Origin: Mobula hypostoma
Taxonomy: Eukaryota
Length of the DNA stretch: 64,000 nt
Reading direction: 5' to 3'
NCBI RefSeq assembly: GCF_963921235.1
Contig: NC_086110.1
Coordinates: forward strand, 9,734,001-9,798,000
Below are positions 59,942 through 64,000 of this stretch, one piece after another; the stretch's first letter is position 1, and each line of letters starts with the position of its first letter. A program made the position numbers and the translations under genes. A model generated the notes under the pieces. It made no database searches. It was not told where the DNA came from and saw only the letters and a program-made list of their open reading frames with translations.

Positions 59942-59989
59942 CTGTAACGATGCTAATGCTCAACTACAAAGCATTCACCCAAATGCCAA

Positions 59990-60330
59990 CATCTTTAGTC
60001 AGCCAATGTAAAAGGAATCCCAATAATTTTTCACCTAAAAATACTGAATCAGAACACATAAAAAACAAAATATTCCACACTACAATCATGTCCAAACACA
60101 CACAAGTATTTAATTTCTGCATTCAATAGCAGAAATAGTTATATTCATTGTTTCATGAACTTATGGTAAACACCACAATATGATGTGTAGAAACTTCTTC
60201 TCTCTTTCCTCAGAGACTAATGAATATTTGTCCCTAAGGGTGGTAGGAATCAGATCTTTAGATATACTTAAGGTAGAGATGGATAAATATTTGGAAGGTT
60301 GAGGAATTAAGGGCTATGGGGAACAGACAC
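59990..60330. repeat. Local segmental duplication unit, copy 1 (paralogue at 63655-64000)
   Basis: Unique AT-rich sequence plus the same internally deleted CR1 fossil (junction gtggtaggaat|cagatcttta) occurs in both copies. Confidence 0.85.
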
Positions 60331-61473
60331 AGAAGAGGACTTGAAGCCAGCATAGACCAGCCATGATCATATTGAGTAGCTTGAGGTCCTGGTGGCTTAC
60401 TCCTGCCCCTATCTTCGTACATCTTGTGTTCTTGAGAACATGTAATGTACAATATTGCAGGTTACTGCCATTTTAGATTCAACTTGTACAAAACTTCAGC
60501 AAGTTCCTAAACTTTAAAGATGGAAACTGGGAAGACTTATACATGTGACAATAAATAGCAATGTTGCAGTGATGAAGATCAGATTGTAATCAAGAGCTCA
60601 GAAGGGAATAGATATGGATCATATGGAAAACTAGATTAGATTATAGAGATAAAGAAGGCAGAGGTCATGGAAGGATTTAGAAATATAAATGAGTATTTTA
60701 AAATAGGAAGGCAATGTCGAACAAGCTTTATGGTGTTAGGAAGTGTTGCTTGAGCTGTGTTAGGATGTAGCCCACATTGTTAATTAACAGAGATTAGAAT
60801 GAGGGAATTGAAGTGGGGATACTTTGGGACTGTCAGGTTTTGGATGGCATGCAAGTAACTGGAATTTCTGCCTCACAGCTGCAGCGAAGCAGCTTCAATC
60901 ATGATCTCTTTGTGGGGTTTGCATGTTCTCCCTATGACTGTGTGGGTTTTCTGCAGTTGCTCCTATTCTCACCCATGTCACAAAGGTGTGCTGGGAGGTA
61001 AATGACTTAGCCACTGCAAATTTCTTCTGGTGCGTAGGTGAGTGGCAGAACCTAACAGACTTGATGAAGGGTGGATACTCGATGGGCTGAATGGCCCAGT
61101 TCAATGCTGTATAAGTTATTGCTTTGTGACTCTAGAGAATATGTGAATGGAGCTCTCATCAGAATATGAACTAAAGCAGAATTGAATATAAATGTGATTA
61201 TACAGATAATCTTAGTGAAGATAATGGCAGATACCCAAAATTCATTTTCAAGTCAGACATAACACCAGGATTGTAAATAGTTTGTAATGAACTGTTGCTA
61301 GGTACTGGGATGGAATTCAGCAGCTCGGAGTGGGAAGAGTTTTTGCCAGGGACTGAAGAGATTTAGTTGGAAAATACTTATGCTCTGCCAGTACAGGATG
61401 TCAGGCAGGCAAGTGATTAGCAAGGCCTTGGCACCAACATAGCTCCTACCAGTCTCACCAATTTACAGATTCT

Positions 61474-62341
61474 GGGACATGGATAGGTTGGGTGAGTGGG
61501 CAAACTCATGGCAGATGCAATTTAATGTGGATAAATGTGAAGTTATCCACTTTGGTGGCAAAAATAGGAAAACAGATTATTATCTGAATGGTGGCCGATT
61601 AGGAAAAGGGGAAGTGCAACGAGACCTGGGTGTCATTATACACCAGTCATTGAAAGTGGGCATGCAGGTACAGCAGGCGGTGAAAAAGGCGAATGGTATG
61701 CTGGCATTTATAGCGAGAGGATTCGAGTACAGGAGCAGGGAGGTACTACTGCAGTTGTACAAGGCCTTGGTGAGACCACACCTGGAGTATTGTGTGCAGT
61801 TTTGGTCTCCTAATCTGAGGAAAGACATCTTTGCCATAGAGGGAGTACAAAGAAAGTTCACCAGATTGATTCCTGGGATGGCAGGTCTTTCATATGAAGA
61901 AAGACTGGATGAACTGGGCTTGTTATCGTTGGAATTTAGAAGATTGAGGGGGGATCTGATTGAAACGTATAAAATCCTAAAGGGATTGGACAGGCTAGAT
62001 GCGGGAAGATTGTTCCCGATGTTGAGGAGGTCCAGAACGAGGGGTCACAGTTTGAGGATAGAGGGGAAGCCTTTTAGGACCGAGATTAGGAAAAACTTCT
62101 TCACACAGAGAGTGGTGAATCTGTGGAATTCTCTGCCACAGCAAACTGTTGAGGCCAGTTCATTGGCTATGTTTAAGAGGGAGTTAGATATGGCCCTTGT
62201 GGCTACAGGGGTCAGGGGGTATGGAGGGAAGGCTGGGTTCTGAGTTGGATGATCAGCCATGATCATAATAAATGGCGGTGCAGGCTCGAAGGGCCGAATG
62301 GCCTACTCCTGCACCTATTTTCTATGTTTCTATGTTTCTAT
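61474..62341 (+). mobile_element. Young 5'-truncated CR1 (uninterrupted 254-aa ORF2 C-terminus)
   Basis: ORF 61479-62243: WQMQFNVDKCEV...LVRPHLEYCVQFWSP...LRGDLIETYKI...; tail (TTTCTATG)n. Confidence 0.95.
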
Positions 62342-62384
62342 CATGAAAGAGCTAGAGGTGAGACCAAACTGGGTGTTGTAGTAC

Positions 62385-62895
62385 GCACAGGGAGAATGTG
62401 CTGGTGTTTTTGAACAACACATACAAAATGCTGGGGGTACACAGCAGATCAGGCAGCATATATGGAGAGAAATAAACAGTTAGCGTTCTGGGCTGAAACA
62501 CTTCATCAGAACTGTAAAGGAAGTATAGAGGGAGGGGAAGGAGTACAAGCTGGTAGGTGATAGGTGAGGGGTAAGTTATGTGGGTGTGGAAGGGTGGGAC
62601 AAATAATAAGCTGGAAGAGCTAAAGCACTGAAGAAGAAGGCATCTAATAGGAGAGGGCAGTTGCCTGTTGAAAGGAAAGGAAGAGAGGAACCAAAGGGAT
62701 GTGATGGATGATCAAAAGAAAAAGAGTGAGATAGTAACAGAATGAGGAATTGAAAAATTGAAGAGGGAGGGGGTAGAAATTACCAGGTGTTAGAGAAATA
62801 AATGTTGGTATTCATGTCTACTGCCATGGTGAGGCCAAATTCAGGCTGGTGGAGCAACAACTCATATTCCACCTAAATAGCCTCCAACCTGATCC
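62385..62895 (-). mobile_element. Penelope-like terminal fragment(s)
   Basis: Terminal repeat and purine-rich tract read in reverse. A + strand EQQLIFHLNSLQPD GIY-YIG tail lies at ~62849-62895. Confidence 0.65.
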
Positions 62896-63329
62896 CTCAC
62901 AGACATCACAGGTCATAGGTTACCAACCTGAAAATGTCAATCTTACACTTATTGGGTGCTTCCTACCTACTGACCAATCCTCTGCCTGTGCCAGTATATT
63001 ATCCCCAATACTGTGGGCATGTGTCCTAACTTTTTGTGAGACAACTCTGGAAGTTCAATATATCTACTGGTTATCCACTCCAGCAGAGACTTTATCAAAA
63101 TATTCCAATAACTGAACCTCGTTGATAATGTTATGACTTTACAAATGTGCTGCTATTACATTGTTGATAATTGATTCCAATAATTTTACCAACAATAGAT
63201 GTTACCAGGCTAATTGGCCTGTGGTTACTCCCATATTGCAGGGCTTTCTACTACTCTGAAGTCTTTTGGAATGTTTGAGTATGTCTGATGGTGTGCAAGA
63301 TTAAAGCAGGCCTATTTTTATGGATTTTA

Positions 63330-63593
63330 CTGAAAGCCATTACTTCAATGTAAGGACAACAGCAGACGCTCATGGGGTGATCTGAACAATGCAGTCATAC
63401 TCATACTTCAATATAGTATCTCAAAAAGTCATGCATGATCCTCAACTAAGATTATAGGCCTTGTAAAAATAGAGTGCTGGCTTGCAGTCAACAGGAAGCT
63501 GTAAACCCACGTTGATACTCTGAGCAATCATTCTGCAGTAGCATGAGAGGTCAGTGTTGCAGAGTGACCATGCATTGCAAACTGGTCAGGACA
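63330..63593 (-). pseudogene. Possible heavily decayed Ig (C1-like) exon upstream of the gene C TM exon
   Basis: Strong acceptor ttttggttgttgttttgcAG. Frameshifted remnants TLT(S)HAT...VSTW and YEYDCIV...HP; the length is Ig-exon-like. Multiple stops. Confidence 0.3.
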
Positions 63594-63654
63594 CTGCAAA
63601 ACAACAACCAAAATCGCACTGATCTCCTCCCCTCTCCCAATGTATTAACACTTA

Positions 63655-64000
63655 ACACTTTTTTAGTGAAGTTCAAGGGACAGAAGGAAATCCCCATAAG
63701 TTTTAACGTAAATATAATGAATCAGAATACATGAAAAACAAGATAACAACACTACAATCATGTTGAAGCACAGACATAGATATTTAATTTCTGTATTTAC
63801 CGACAACAGTAGTTATATTTTTAGTTTCATGATATATCCCTTATGGTAAACATCCAAAGAATAATGTGCAGAAACTTATTTTCCCTTTCCTGAGAGAGTA
63901 GTTAATCTTTGTCCCCAAGGGTGGTAGGAATCAGATCTTTAGATATATTTAAGGTAGAGATGGATAAAAATCTGGAAGGTTGAGGAATTAAGGGCTGTGA
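63655..64000. repeat. Local segmental duplication unit, copy 2 (runs to window end)
   Basis: Colinear with 59990-60330. Confidence 0.85.

Noticed and set aside
59343-59963. 206-aa ORF as a complete membrane protein
   Set aside because: Beyond the 96-nt TM exon the ORF runs through antisense CR1 sequence.

Overview
This is eukaryotic genomic DNA, most likely from a cartilaginous fish (shark or ray). That assignment is inferred from the repeat repertoire, not from a database match: CR1 LINEs with (TTCTATG)n or (TCTTATGG)n tails, Penelope, Rex1/Babar, vertebrate L1, a V-SINE-like element, and Gmr1-type and chromovirus Gypsy elements. Most of the window is nested transposable elements, and most long ORFs in the supplied track are TE ORFs or their antisense shadows. 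Between the repeats, on the minus strand, is a cluster of non-rearranging immunoglobulin-superfamily receptor genes. Gene A (18.3-22.7 kb) looks intact: leader, germline-joined VJ-type V exon, transmembrane (TM) exon with Arg, and short cytoplasmic exons. It encodes about 212 aa, is NKp30/NCR3-like, and has a TATA/CRE promoter. Gene B (44.4-45.9 kb) is a V-C1(-TM) pseudogene with its V exon split by a solo LTR and its C1 exon frameshifted. Gene C (59-64 kb, continuing past the window end) has a clean TM exon with an intramembrane Lys and a possible decayed C1-like exon. Two unidentified non-TE-like sequences with residual coding character also occur: 10.1-12.65 kb and a repeat family at 0.65, 25.3, 26.2 and 35.5 kb. 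No rRNA, true tRNA gene, CRISPR array or convincing recombination signal sequence (RSS) was seen. All exon models, alignments and divergence estimates were made by eye and need computational confirmation.
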